Source of the DNA: Neocallimastix sp. 'constans'
Lineage: Eukaryota
DNA: 64,000 nucleotides
NCBI GenBank assembly: GCA_050613775.1
Contig: JBODTK010000120.1
Coordinates: 310,001-374,000, forward strand
Direction: 5' to 3'
Below, piece after piece: positions 1 to 20,000 of the stretch (positions are counted from its first letter, which is position 1; each line of letters opens with the position of its first letter). The notes under the pieces were generated by a model. The model did no database searches. It had not been told where the DNA came from and was given only the letters and a program-made list of their open reading frames with translations. Position numbers and translations under genes: made by a program.

Positions 1-809
1 AATATTGTTTATAAAAACGAGTTTTTATCTTTATACTTCAAATGTTTTGCATATAGCTTATCTTGAAAATTTATATATATATATTTTTTTCGAAAAAAAA
101 TATATTTTATTTTTATTATTATTACTATTATTATTATTAAATATCTTATTTCCGGAATAAAATGTATAATATAATTAAATATTATCTTATTTGAATTATA
201 ATTTAGTATAATTATATATCAAATAAATATTTGTAAGTAATAAATGTTCGGTCGTTAATTAAACAAATGAAAAAAAAATAAACAATATTAAATGTTATCC
301 ATAAAAAATACATTTCAATTCATAATTTATATCCTATTTAGATTTTTACTTTTCGAATGGTTTTCTATATTAAATTTGCCAAATTATAAATATTTTTGTT
401 ATTTTTATTTATTTTGTTCCGTTTAATAGTTTGTTTTTATTACAATAAATATATATATTAACTTCTGTTCTATTTTTTGTTTATTTTTTTTTTATTTGCT
501 TTATTTCTTTTTGAATAAATAATTCTATATTCACAAAATGTTGCTCTATTTACCTATGGAAATATTTAATATATAATAATATGATCTTTTATTTATTTCC
601 AAAGTATATATTATTAATAAATATATATATAAAATTAAAAATAAAAGAATATACTTTATTATTATTATTTTTTTTTTAGAAAAAAATTAAATAAAAAACT
701 TTCTTATTTATAAAAATAAATAAAAACTTTTTTTTTTATAGACATATAAGAAATAATAAAATATATTCCAACACTAATTACTGTTATTTTTAGATTTTCA
801 TTTATTTAT

Positions 810-1022
810 TGTTATTTATTTATTTATTATTTATTATTTATTATTTATTATTTATTATTTATTTATTTATTATTTATTATTTATTATTTATTATTTATTA
901 TTTATTATTTATTATTTATTATTTATTATTTATTATTTATTATTTATTATTTATTATTTATTATTTATTATTTATTATTTATTATTTAATTATTTATTTA
1001 TTATTTATTTATTTATTTTATT
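810..1022. repeat. (TTTATTA)n-type 7-mer microsatellite
   Basis: Tandem TTATTTA units, visible directly; source of the spurious 809-1048 ORF. Confidence 0.9.
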
Positions 1023-4000
1023 ATAAAACTATTATATATAATAAATAAATTATTATATATTATAATATATATTTAATGGTATATATTTTATATTGATATA
1101 ATATTTTAATAAATAAGATTTTTTAAAAAGGATATTTTAAATATATTTTTATTCCTATATATTATATTATAGTTATAATACATAAATAATATATAAATTC
1201 CATTTTGATCATATATTGAACTATAATCGTTAAATATGTTTAAATATATAATATATTTATTATAATTAATAGAAAAATGAAAAATACCAAATTCAATTAG
1301 ATAATAATTAAATTTATAAAAATAATAAAAGATTAAAAAAGCCAATTTTCTTAAATAAAATAAAAAACAAAAAATAAAAAATGAATATATAATAAATAAC
1401 AAATACTTAAAAATAAATAATAAAGAGTTAATCTTATTAAATATCATTTTACTATCATTAATATATTTTTCATATTAATAATAAAATTTTATTATTGATT
1501 ATAGTTATTTAAAATTATATAATTGTTTATTAAATAAATAAAATAAAAAATTATATTGAAATGTTCAATTTTAATTTTAATTACTTTAATTTCTTAGGGT
1601 CTAAAAAATATATAACTTTTTTTTTTATTTAAAAGTATGAATATTCAATAATATAAAAAGTAATTCTGGTTTTTTTATTATATATGTTTAGTAAAAGAAT
1701 ATTAATTCCTTTTCTTAAAAAATAAATAAATAAATAAATAAATAAATATAATATAATAATAAAAATGAGAGAATAAAATATATAGTTTTAAAGTGATATT
1801 TTATTAGTATTAATAATTAGTTACTAACCATTAAAAATAAAATAAAATCTTTTAATCAATTACTCTCTAGTTACCAACCATATAAAAATAAAAAAACAAA
1901 TAAAAATATGAGATTAAAACTTTTTTTAAACAATAAAAATAATAATTCAAAATTAATAGTTACAGAGAATTTTTTTTATTATAATTTTGAAAATCTAAAA
2001 TTGATTTTGTCATTGTTTTTATTATATGATATTATTATAAAATATTTAAATACTTTATATCTTTTTTTTTTTTTTTTTTTTTTAATAAAATATTTAATTT
2101 TTTATTTGAAGTTACTCTTGTTAATTTTTTGTTGCTTAATAAAATAAATAATATTAGCATTATTAATTATGAAAGATCGTCTGTTTATCTTTATTTTTTT
2201 CTTTGTTTTATTTAATACTTGTTGACTGAATATTTAATAGAATTTTAATAAGATAAAATAAAAAATTTTATTTCTAGTAAAGTATTTAAGTTTATATATA
2301 TTAACGATTATATTACAATATATAGGTGAGATTATCTCCACTCTATATTAATTATTGATTAATTGTACCAAAAAAAAACTTTAAATAATAAAAAAAATTT
2401 GATTATTAAGTGTAATACAATCTATATTAAATTTATTAAAATTATTAATCATACATCCATTTAGATATTAATATATAATTTATTTATATATTATTTATTT
2501 ATTAACTTAATTAGTATATAAATATTTATTTAATATTATGTAATATATACATTTAATTAAATATTAATATTTATTTAAATTATTTTCTATATTCATTTAT
2601 TATTTAAAAAAATTTTAATTTTTTTTATTGTTCTTTAGTTATTAAGTATATATATAGTATAGTATAGAGCAATTTGATTAAAGTTTTAAGATTGATTATA
2701 ATGCTTAATCTAATTAATTATTACATATTTATCAAAATAGACTTTGTTTATCATCTTTGTATTATATATATTTTTAAATTAATACTTAGAACTTTTTAAA
2801 AGTATAGTTTTCAATTATCTAAAAAAAAAAAAAAAATGTTCAGAAATATTTTTAAATTAAATTTTTTTTCTTTTTAATACAAAAAAAAAAAAAAGGTTGA
2901 ATTAAAATAACTCTATTAAAATTAATATATTATAAAATTTAAATATTTTAATATTTATTTTAAAAAAAAAAAAATCATTAGATATATATAATTATTGTTT
3001 CTAACACAATAATATATATTTTTTGAAAATTCTTTCTCAAAAAAATAATATAAAAATTCTATAAATAATAAGATTATTTTAAATTATTTATACTTTTAAT
3101 ATTTCTCCCTTGGATGATGATGTTAATGATGCTAAAAAAGTATATTTTGCAATTTTATTAATATTTATATATATATTTAACAATAATACAATATAATAAT
3201 AATTTATTATTTTTTTTTTTAATATAATTATTAACAGATTGATACATCTTATATTAAAATAATTAAAAAAAAAAAAAAAGGAAGAAAGAAAAAGCTACAA
3301 TAAATATATATTATAAAACATGTGATTAAAAATAAATATAAAATAAAAAAAATACCTTTTTTAAATATAATTATTAATTATCAATTTAACATAAATATAT
3401 TTTAAAAATTATTTTTATAAATCATAATATTCATAAATATAATAGTTCAAGAATATATATAATATATATAAAGAAATTATATAATATTTGATTATCTTAT
3501 ATATATGAACTAATCAAATATGTATTTTATAAAAACTACTTTTTAATGTTTATACATTCAACCTTAAATGTTAAAAATTTTAGTAATGTTTTTTTTTTTG
3601 TTTAATTTTTATTTTGTTTTTTATTTTGTTTCTATAGTTTTCAATCTATTCAAGATAATTTTTAATCTACTCATTATATATATATATATAATAATTAAAG
3701 TAATTACAAAGAAATAAATGTTTAACTTTCAATATATATAGAAATATATTTATATATAATTTTAATTATTTAAACTGATTTAAATTAATAAATGCATATA
3801 TATATTTAAATATTTAACATTAAATTAATAAAACTTATGAATAATCATTATTATAGTTATTAAAGAAGAGAGTTATGTGTATCAAATATATATATATATT
3901 TTTTTTAAATTTTAAGAATTACATAATATTCTACTTTACCATTTTCTTTTAATGTATTAATATGTATATATTAAAATTTTAATTTTTTTTTTTTTTTATT

Positions 4001-4462
4001 TTCATATTAAACTCTTTTTTGATCTAATTTAGGTTAAATATACCAATGTTTTTACTAGTAATAAAAATACATTAAAAATATATTTTTAACAATTATTGAA
4101 TCAACCAAAAAAAACAATAATAAATTAATTATTATTATTTATAATTTTTTTTTTTTTTCTTTAAAAAAAAATTTCGTACCATAATAATTTTAATTATTAA
4201 GATTTATAATAATAAAATTTAGGTATATACTAAGTCTAAAAAAAATTTTATAAATGAATCAAATCCATAAATAAATGCTTACATTGTATGTATATATTTT
4301 TTTTTTTTTTTTTTTTTTTTTAATGATCTAAAGTAAAATAGTTAAATGTAGTTTTACAAATGAATGAATTATATAAAAATAAAATTTATAAAATGTTCAC
4401 TTATTTTACGTTTAATTATCAACTATTCTCAAAATTTTAAATCAATTTTTTTGTAGGGTATA

Positions 4463-4495
<33 letters not shown>

Positions 4496-4832
4496 CTTTT
4501 GTTGTTGTTGTTTTTGTTATGAGTATACTCTATATGGTATTTATTATGGTTAAATATACTTTTGATCCTTACAACGGTGACCTAGAAATTTAACTATTTT
4601 CCAGGCTTCGATTCTCAGTTTGTATATTATAAATAATCCATTTTCTTAATAAAAGTATTTATGACATTCTTTTTTTTTTTTTTTTTTTTATCATTCAATT
4701 TATAATTGATTTTTTTGTAAATTGAAATAAATATTTAAATCTCCTGTAAAAATAAAAAACTTCAATAAAACAAAAAAGATTAATTTATAAATCAAAGTTT
4801 AAAAACAATAATAAAAATATAAAATAATAATA

Positions 4833-4870
<38 letters not shown>

Positions 4871-5853
4871 TATCTTTTTATTTTTATTACTATAATACGT
4901 ACTATATTATATTTCTACTATTAATTTTATATATACATATAAAGTATAAATACACTTTTTTTTTAAAAAAAAAAAAATAAATATTTATAAAATATAAAAA
5001 TATAAAAAAAAAATTTTTTTTTTAAAATATTTTATTATAATAATAATAATAATAGTTTTTATTTAAAATATAAGTGGGATTGAACAATAATATCATTGTT
5101 TAAAAAAAAAAAAAAATTTTTTTTAAACTTTTTTTATCATTCATTTTATAAAAATCAATTTTTAATATTAGTAATTAATTAATATTTTGTTATTGTATAT
5201 TAATTATGATAAAACTTTTATTAATATTAATATTATTATTATTATTAGTAGTAGTAGTATTATTAGTATAGTTTTAATTTTTACTCTTTTTACTTTAATT
5301 TAACTCTAATATATATATATATATGTATATAATTTAATAATATATAAATTAATGAAAAACTAATAGTCTAAGAAATTAAAATTCAATATATATATTTAAA
5401 TATAGTTAACAAATTACAAAATAAATAATAAGTATAATTATTAAATTTTTTTTTTTTTTTTTTTTTTTTTGTGATTTAAAATTAAGATAATAAATATAAA
5501 CTTATATAAATATATAAATATATTATAGTATATATATATATATATATTTGTTTTTGAATGTAAAGAATAGAATGGATTTTATTATTATTAGTGACTATGC
5601 TTGTGGTTATGATTATGGTTAGGATTATGGTTATGATTATGATAATGATTATGATTATGGCTATTTTTATTTTCTTTTGTATTTAATGATTTGGAATATA
5701 AGGTTTTTTTATGATTATGTTTTTATTATTATTATTTTTTTTTTTTAAAGGTTGATAAATTTTAATATTTTAATTTTTATAAATTTTTATTATTTGTATT
5801 CTATTTTTATGAAATTATTTTCATTATTATTATTAAGTTATTTGTTACATTTT

Positions 5854-5906
<53 letters not shown>

Positions 5907-5928
5907 TTATTTTATTTTTTTTTTTTTT

Positions 5929-7537
5929 TTATTCATTTTCGGTTAAATCAAGATAAATATCTAATAGTGACTTTTTGCTCAAAGTGTAGGAATTAATTAA
6001 TTTTTTTGCTTTATAATCATCCATTATTTTATATATTTTATCAAAATTATTATTCTTTAGGATAACATCATATTTGTAGTATCGATTAGAATAAATCTTT
6101 ATTTTTAATTGAAGATTAAGCAAGTGTTCTACTTGATCTTCTTTCATAACATCATGAAAATCAATTTGTCCATCGGTATCGATAGTTAAAATATAATAAT
6201 TATGATATTTTGTTAGTAGTTGATCAAAAGTACCTACGAAAACAAGACGTCCTCGATGAAGAATGCCAATACGATCACAAAGATAGACAGCTTCTTCTAG
6301 CGAGGAGGTCGCAAGTAAAATTGAAGATTTAAAAAGTCGATTGGTCTGTTTAATGCGTTCCCACAGATATTTTCTCTTATTGAATTTTATAATACCTTGA
6401 GTGGGTTCATCCATTAAAACAATTTTTTGAGCATTGGCGGTGGCAATAACGATATTAAGAATTTTACGGGTTTCGAAATCTAAATTCTTTATTTTTACAT
6501 TGATATATTCGTATATATCATAAATCTTTAACAAATCTTTAATATAGGTATTTAAGGCTTGATTTGAAAAACCAACAATATCAAATAGTATTACGAGTTG
6601 TTCTTTGACAGTGAGTTCATCTATTAAAGTGGGTTTTTGTGGACAGTAACTGTACATAGCATCCTCCATATTAGAATTAACCTTACTTACCCCATTGATA
6701 TATAAATTACCAGTATCATAATTCTCCTTTTTGGCAATCATATTTAGTATAAATGATTTACCTGATTTTTTGGGACCAATCAAACCGAAAATTTCATGTT
6801 CTTTAACACCAAAAGTAACACTTTCAATAACGGTAATGGCAAATTTGGCGTCTGCATAGACAGAGCTATGAGGTTGTCCGTACTGATATTTTATAATTTT
6901 TTGTTTATTATGTTGATAGTCATTTTCAAGGGAAAGAGAACGATAATCATATTCCTTATAGAGATCAATCACACATAAAGGTAACTCTTTACAAACTTTT
7001 TGAACTTCAGAATATTCCTCTTGAACCTCTTTTGAACTTTCTCTAATAATTTTTTTTGATTTTCTAACCATACCTTTTTTCGCATGACGATAAACTGTAG
7101 AATGATAAAATATATTCAATATAAACATTAACCCAATCATTAGAGTAGATAAACTAATAAACATAAATGAAATACCAAGTTCTGATCTTGAAAAAATATT
7201 TCCTCTAAATCCTATGATCTTTGAATATACCTTATCACTTGTATAGTTTGAAATTAAAAAGAGACTAAAGAGCACTGATACAATGGCATATGCTGGATTA
7301 ACCGTAATAAAAATAATGTTACTAAATAATAAAATATCTGGGAAATATAAATTACTTTTTTCCTTATTGTAGAAATAATACATATAATTTAATCCAACTA
7401 CGTTAAATATAATATGATATAAAAATGTGAAATATAATACAAAATATTTATTATGGAAAAATCGACAAAAGATTCGATGAATTAACAGTAAAACAATGGA
7501 TCTAATTAATTTTAAAATATTTATATAAACCGTTGAA

Positions 7538-7577
<40 letters not shown>

Positions 7578-10500
7578 GAATAATATTAAATACATTATAA
7601 ATATGATATAATTAATGAAATAAATAATATAAAACAATAAATATAAATATAAATATAAATATAAATATAAATATAAATATAAATATAAATATAAATATAA
7701 ATATAAATATAAATATAAATATAAATATAAATATAAATATAAATATAAATATAAATATAAATATAAATATAAATATAAATATAAATATAAATATAAATAT
7801 AAATATAAATATAAATATAAATATAAATATAAATATAAATATAAATATAAATATTAATATAAATATAATGATATTAATTAAAAAATTAGTTAAATATATT
7901 CATATGTATATATTTTTATAAATGTAATAATATATTTAACAGAAAATTTTATAGTAAATTTTTTTTTTTTTTTTTTTTAAAAAATTTTAAAATATTTTTA
8001 TTAAAATATAACAATATATATAATAAAATTAAAAAAATTAATAAATAAAATAATTGTTAATAATTACCCTAAAGTCATAATATTGAAAAACATGTATAAA
8101 GTTGTTCTATCCTCAAATAACGGATTTTTAAATCTTATACCCATAATTAATATAATTAGATTTAATAGTGAAGAGAGTACAAAATCTCCAATTAAAGCGG
8201 TTATATAATAAATTTTTTTATTAACTCCATATGATTTAAAAATAGTATATATTCCACTGCTTTCTTCCTTTATAGCATAATATAAAAAATAATAATTAGC
8301 AAACATCATAATAAATCCAAACATTCGAGCAATCTCATATGAATTCTTTCGTATAACAGATACACTATTATATCTAAATGGTTTACAGGTGGTAGAAATT
8401 CTTTGTTTAATCCCTTTTATATGCAATAATGAATTACTAGCAGCATTAATAGTCGTAGGTAAAGAATGAACCAAGGTAGAATTATAAATTAAATCATAAC
8501 GATAATGATATCTATTAATTTTATAACCAATTACTGTTGAAACATATATTGAATCATTCAATTGATTCGTTACAGATAGTTCACTGATATCATCTAAAGT
8601 ATCATATTTAAGGGACTTACTATAAACTAATACATCTTTGCCTGCTTTATTCTTAACATACTTTAGAATTTTATAGCCAGTGGAGGTTATATTAGAATAG
8701 GGATCAAAATTCCAAATATATCTATTATTGGTATATAAATTTTCTGAACCAATTTTAACGATTTCTGGAGTAACTAGGATATTTTTTCGGTTAACTTCGT
8801 AAGTATCAAAAGAATAAACTGCTAAAGAAATCGGTATAAGTACGGACCAAAAGCAATATTTATGACTTTTTATTGTATTTAAAATTCGATTCTTTGCCAA
8901 CACTTTGATTGGATGAAGTTCATAAAGTAATGAAAATTGTTGAGGATGAGGAATTGCTTTAGAGATATTTTTTTCATTTTTTATATCTCTACTATCAAAT
9001 TCTATTAATTCCGTTTCAAATTCCTCATCAAGACGATCATACATCTCTAAAAGACTTGGCATATAAATATTATAGTCTTTAATAACACCTTCAGATTTAA
9101 TTTTTTTATTCAATAATTTACATAATGCTGAAAAGCTGGAAGCATACGAGGTTGGTAGTTTCCATAAATGACCTGCATTTATATCAATTACTTTCTTTTT
9201 ATTATTATGTTTTAATAATGTAGCCGTAGGTATCACTGATTTTATCACTTCATTTGCTGATTCTAATGATGAAGTTTTAACATTTATAAAGTAATGATCA
9301 ATTAATTTAGTTTTTATAAATTCATTAGTACCAAGACATACTATTTGTCCTCTCTGCATTATAAGTTTACGTTCTGCTAAAACTTCAACTTCATCAACAT
9401 CTGAGGTGAAAAATACTATAGTTTTTCCTTTACTGTTACGTGAAATAAATTTCCATATTTTTCTTTTAGTAAATTTATCGTAGCCCATTGTTGGTTCATC
9501 GATAAATATATATTTATAATTACCTATAAATATCATTGCTATGGATAATAATTTTTTTTGACCTTTTGTTAATCTTGCTACAATTGTTTTTCTGTATTCT
9601 GTTAAAAATGTTTCTTTCAAAATATAATTCATATCTATTTTACAATTGAAAACTTTACTTATAAATTTTAAATTTTGTTCAACCGTTAGGCTTTCAAAAA
9701 TATTAAGATTCCTTGAACATACACCTATATGTATATATAATTAATTAATAAATTTTTTATTTATTTTCATTTTTTTTTTTTTTTTTTTTTTTTTTTAGTT
9801 AATTTAATGTAATAATAAATATAAATATATACAATTATTGAAATAAAATAATATATATTATATTAATAATTAATTATAAAGTTAATTTTATAATATAACA
9901 ATATATTAAGAATTTATAATTTTAGAAAAAAAAAAAAAATTATTAATATATATATATATTTAATATTACCTATATCCTTTTTTATTTTTGAATTTTGATA
10001 TATATTCTTGTCATGATATAATATTTCACCAGTTGAAGATTTAATATTTCCTAACATCATATGCATTAATGCATTTTTCCCTGAGCTTTCATTTCCAAAT
10101 ATTCCAAATATTTCATCTTCATAAATTTTTATATTTAGATTATCAACTATTGATATCTGGTTTTTATTGGCATAGGTTAACTTTTTGGATAAGTCATTAA
10201 TGCTAATAGATACTGGAAGATTATTATAACCTTGAAAGTCTTCAACATGTTTAGGTATTTTAATGGGCCTTTCTATGTTTAATACTTTAATAGGTTGATA
10301 TTCCTTAGTATATTCTTTTTCAAGTTTTGCTTTCATGATATATTTATCCAAAGCATAGGGTATAATGTAATATAAAAGTGTCGCACCAACTAACAGACAA
10401 TAAAATAAAAATATATCTCCATGGAATAAATCTTTATAATTTATATGGTTATATATACCTATCGTTTTATTAATTTCACCAATAATAGAAATAACACTTA

Positions 10501-12070
10501 CAGGTATAAATATTACAGAGGTAAGAATTCTTATCTCTTTATCCAAACTAAAAATATATTGTGATGATACAAAAATAAATATAATAGTAGTAATATATAA
10601 TATATAAGCACGTTTTACGTTTTGGAATAATACTGAAAAAAGATATCCTATACCAATACAACCTAAGCCATAAACACCAAATATAAGTAAAAACATTATT
10701 GGATCAAAGGAATTTGCTTTTATTGGTATTAAAGTAATGACAAATGTAATTAAAACAATAGATATTAAAAATCTTATACAATATAACACAACCCATGATA
10801 ATTCCACATAGGAAGAATTTATACCCATTAGAGAGAGTGATACTTTAATTCCATTTTCTTTTTCATCCACAATATATTTTACGATATCTTTTGTTATAAA
10901 AAGAAATAATCCGATAAGTAAACCTATAGTATAATTATATTCCCATGCCTTTTCTGTAGCACAATGATGCTTCGGTTCAGCTAATTGTGCTAGATTAACT
11001 TCATATTTTAATTGTTTATTGTTTAAAACTAGTTTTAGAATAGCTTCGTCTACAGCTTTTTGAAGAGGGCTGAAAAAAACTTCATAAGTTGATCTACTAG
11101 AAGCACCTGGAGATATTAATTGTTTATAATATGGTATAGGGTCTTCTTCAATTGCGGGAATAAACGCATCATCAATTTTAATGGTATAGTTAAAAAAACT
11201 ATTATGAAAAATAATTCCGAATACAAATCGAGTAGAATTAAAATATATATCATCTAATTGACTTTCACTTTCATAAGTACGATAAATATAACTTTCCGGT
11301 GAAATTTCATGAAATATATGACTATCCATTACTAAATCTATAAATGTATTATGAATATTTTTATATTTCTTATTTTTGGGTAATACAAATCCAATTAAAA
11401 AACTTTCTTCGTATGTATCAGAGAAATTGTTTATTTCATATCCATTGAGTGTATATAGTTGTGTCGTTGATGTTTCATCAACAATAAACGTTAATTTCGG
11501 TATTAATAACAATATAAATGGTACTAATTACATTCGATTTTAATTACATAAATAAATAATAGTATATAAGTATAAGAATAAAAATTATTATATATATATA
11601 TATAAATTTAAATAAAAAAAAAATATATATATATATATATATAATTTTAGTTGCAAATATTCAATAATATATTTCATAAACATTTAAGATGATAATAAAA
11701 AAAAAAGTTAATTTTTTATTTACCTAATATTATGAATACAAATGAATCAAATCCATTTATTTTCCCATTTTTCCATAAAAATGCACGAAATATTTTGAAA
11801 TTGGTATATGAAAACTAATAATATAAATAATAAAATTATAGAAATGACATTAATAAATATAAATTTTAATATTAAAAAATTAAAAATATAGAAATAAAAA
11901 AAAAAAAAATAAGTAATTTAAAATTTTAAATTTATAATTTTATAATTAAAAATATATTAATTAATTAAAAATATATTAATTGATAATACTATGAAATTTA
12001 TTGAAATTAAAGGTATAATTGATAAATTTCATAATAATTAGGATAATAATTATATAAAGGAGATTACCAT
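5929..12070 (-). CDS. ABCA-subfamily full-size ABC transporter (TMD-NBD-TMD-NBD), ~1625 aa; exons 12070-12068 (ATG only), 11814-11724, 11523-9970, 9724-8068, 7501-5929
   Basis: Three track ORFs (9914-11512, 8064-9632, 5929-7383) join in frame through GT..AG introns checked by hand; exons total 4878 nt = 1626 codons. The N-terminus FRAFLWKN is the typical ABCA start. Large extracellular loop followed by [17 protein letters not shown]1: [30 protein letters not shown]2: [34 protein letters not shown]-terminal SLLDIYL. The ATG-only first exon is the least certain part. Confidence 0.93.
7637..7854. repeat. (ATAAAT)n hexamer microsatellite, ~36 copies, inside ABCA intron 4
   Basis: Uninterrupted ATAAAT array between exon boundaries 8068 and 7501. 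Confidence 0.95.
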
Positions 12071-13571
12071 TTTTAATATAATAGTATATGCGTAAATTAT
12101 TATATATTATTAATTTATAAAAATAAATTGTTAAAGAATTTATATTTGATTTTTTTTATTTATTGTTTGACTTTGTTCCTTATGTATATATATATTATTA
12201 AATTTTATAAAAATATCCCATTAATTATTTAATTATATAAAAAAAAAAAAAAATAAAAAAAAAATAATCATTATTATTATTATTATTTATATTATTATAT
12301 TTACTGATATTATTTTATATTATTAAAAGCTTGGTAATAAATATAATATTTGTTTTTGAGTTTTGCTTTTGCTATTTTTTTTTTTATTTTCCTTTTTTAG
12401 TTTTTATTTTTACTATAATAAATTTTGATTATATTTTTACACTTTGTTATTTAAATGAAATATCTGTTTCTACTTGTAAATATTTTTTTGTATTTGTTAT
12501 TTTTTCATTATTATGATTATTATTCAAATATAAAATTGTTTTTTTTTTTTTTTTTTTTTATTTTATTTTTGATTGCTATTAATATTATAATTATTTTATT
12601 GTTAATATAAAATAATTATTTTTTTATTTATTTTTTTTATTTTATTATTTTAACATTTATTTTTTATTTACTATTTTTTTTTTTTTTTTTTTATATATTA
12701 TTACTTTTATTAAAAAATGATTAATCAGAAATTGGAGAATCTATAAATTATGAAAGATAAACAATAAATAATAAATAATAAATAATAAATAATAAATAAT
12801 AAATAATATATAATAAATAATAAATAATAAATAAGTAATAATAAATAATTGAATAATTGAATAATTGAATAATAAATAATAAATATTAAATATTAAATAA
12901 TAATAATAAGATTCATAAAAATGTATTTTTTATATATAAATTCATATATTGTACATCTAATATTCTTTTTATAAAATTAAGAAATAAGATTTTATTAGCC
13001 AATAGTTTTAAAATAAAATTTTTGATTATTAATATAAATAATAAAATAAAAACAAAACAAAACAAAAAAAAAAATATTATTAAAGCTTGTTCATAATCAT
13101 AACAATAAGCATGTATTATTTCATTTTTTAATAAAACAACATATTGGAAAAAAAGATAACATCTTAAATGTTAATAATAATAATAATAATTATATTTTTA
13201 TATTTATATTATATTTATCATCAATTTATCTGCAATATTAAAAAGTATTTATAATTGTAAACCTTTTTTTTTTTTTAAGGATGTTAAAAAACATATATAA
13301 AAATTGGAAAAATTATTTAAATTTAATTAACTATTAATTACAGACGAATTACTTTTTAAATGTTTTACGTTATTTTAATGAATAGAGAAACTAAAACTTA
13401 TTTCTAATAAAATATATAAATAAATAAATAAATATATTTAAATAAAAATATATAAATAAATATATATATATAAATATATATATAAATATATTATAATTTT
13501 TTTTTAAATATTTGAGAAATTATATATTATTTGTTAAATATAAATGCAGTTTTTACATATAAGATGATAAA

Positions 13572-13604
<33 letters not shown>

Positions 13605-13725
13605 CTAATCACAGATTAAATTTTTACTAAATAATTTTATAATTTAATATATATGAACAGTATATATGTAAATTATATTTATTTTAATTAATATTTTAGT
13701 TTATGTAAATATAAATTCAAAAAAT

Positions 13726-13764
<39 letters not shown>

Positions 13765-13947
13765 TTTTTTTATTTCTTTTATTTTTATTTTAATGATATA
13801 TTATTATGATATATATGATTGTATTATATTTTATTTACAATTATATGAATTTTTTTTTTTTAAACTGATAAAAAAAAATATTATTTTTTTTTTCTATTAT
13901 TGCTATTATATTATTAAAGTTGTTAATCATTGTTGATTTTATTATAA

Positions 13948-19147
<5,200 letters not shown>

Positions 19148-19705
19148 CGTATGTGGAATATACTCAGAAAAAAAAAAAAAAATAATAATAATAATAAAGC
19201 TTTATCAATTATTTCAAATTAGTATGAGAAGTAATAATTGATAATTAAATGTATTGAGTATTCCAAAAATAATATATATCTAGTTATGATAAAATTGTTA
19301 ATACTGTTTCATAAATATTGTTTAAAAAGATTATAATAATAATAATAATATATAAAAATTATATATATTATAATAAAAAAAAAAAAAAAAAAAGTATTTT
19401 ATATAATATTATTATGTTGAATAACATTAAAACTTTTTAATTTTTCAAGTGTAACGCGGAACTTGATTTTTTTTTTTTTTTTCTTTCTTTACTTATTGGA
19501 ATGCTTTTTAAAAATAATAATTACAGAAAAAAAAAAAAAAAAAAAAAAAAAAAGAATAAAAAATAAAATGTATGCCTTTTTCGTGTTTTTATAATACGTA
19601 TCAAAATAATATAAAATATTTTTTTTAAAATTTATATTTAAATTATTGTATAAAAAAATGGGATTAAATTAAAACAATGTACTTTATTTATCTTAATGAA
19701 ATTAT

Positions 19706-19737
<32 letters not shown>

Positions 19738-19962
19738 TACACATTATAATATATTCAAATATAAATATGAATAAAATGAAAAATTAATAACTTTTAACAT
19801 TGATAATATTTAATATTTTTAAAAATATATATATTACCTTTTAGATTTTTTTTCCATTTTTTATAGATATATATATATAAGAATTTATTTTAAATATTTA
19901 TATATATATTTACATAAATATTTTTTTTAAAAAAAATATTTTATATTTTATCTGATTTTAGA

Positions 19963-20000
<38 letters not shown>

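Noticed and set aside
4567..4622. GC-richer patch with GGCTTCGATTC, resembling a tRNA T-loop or B-box
   Set aside because: No acceptor, D or anticodon stems could be folded; too short to call.
809..5946. Short ORFs 809-1048, 1106-1447, 1908-2147, 5752-5946
   Set aside because: F/L/I/Y/N/K-only translations of microsatellite or poly-T DNA; no domain or splice support.
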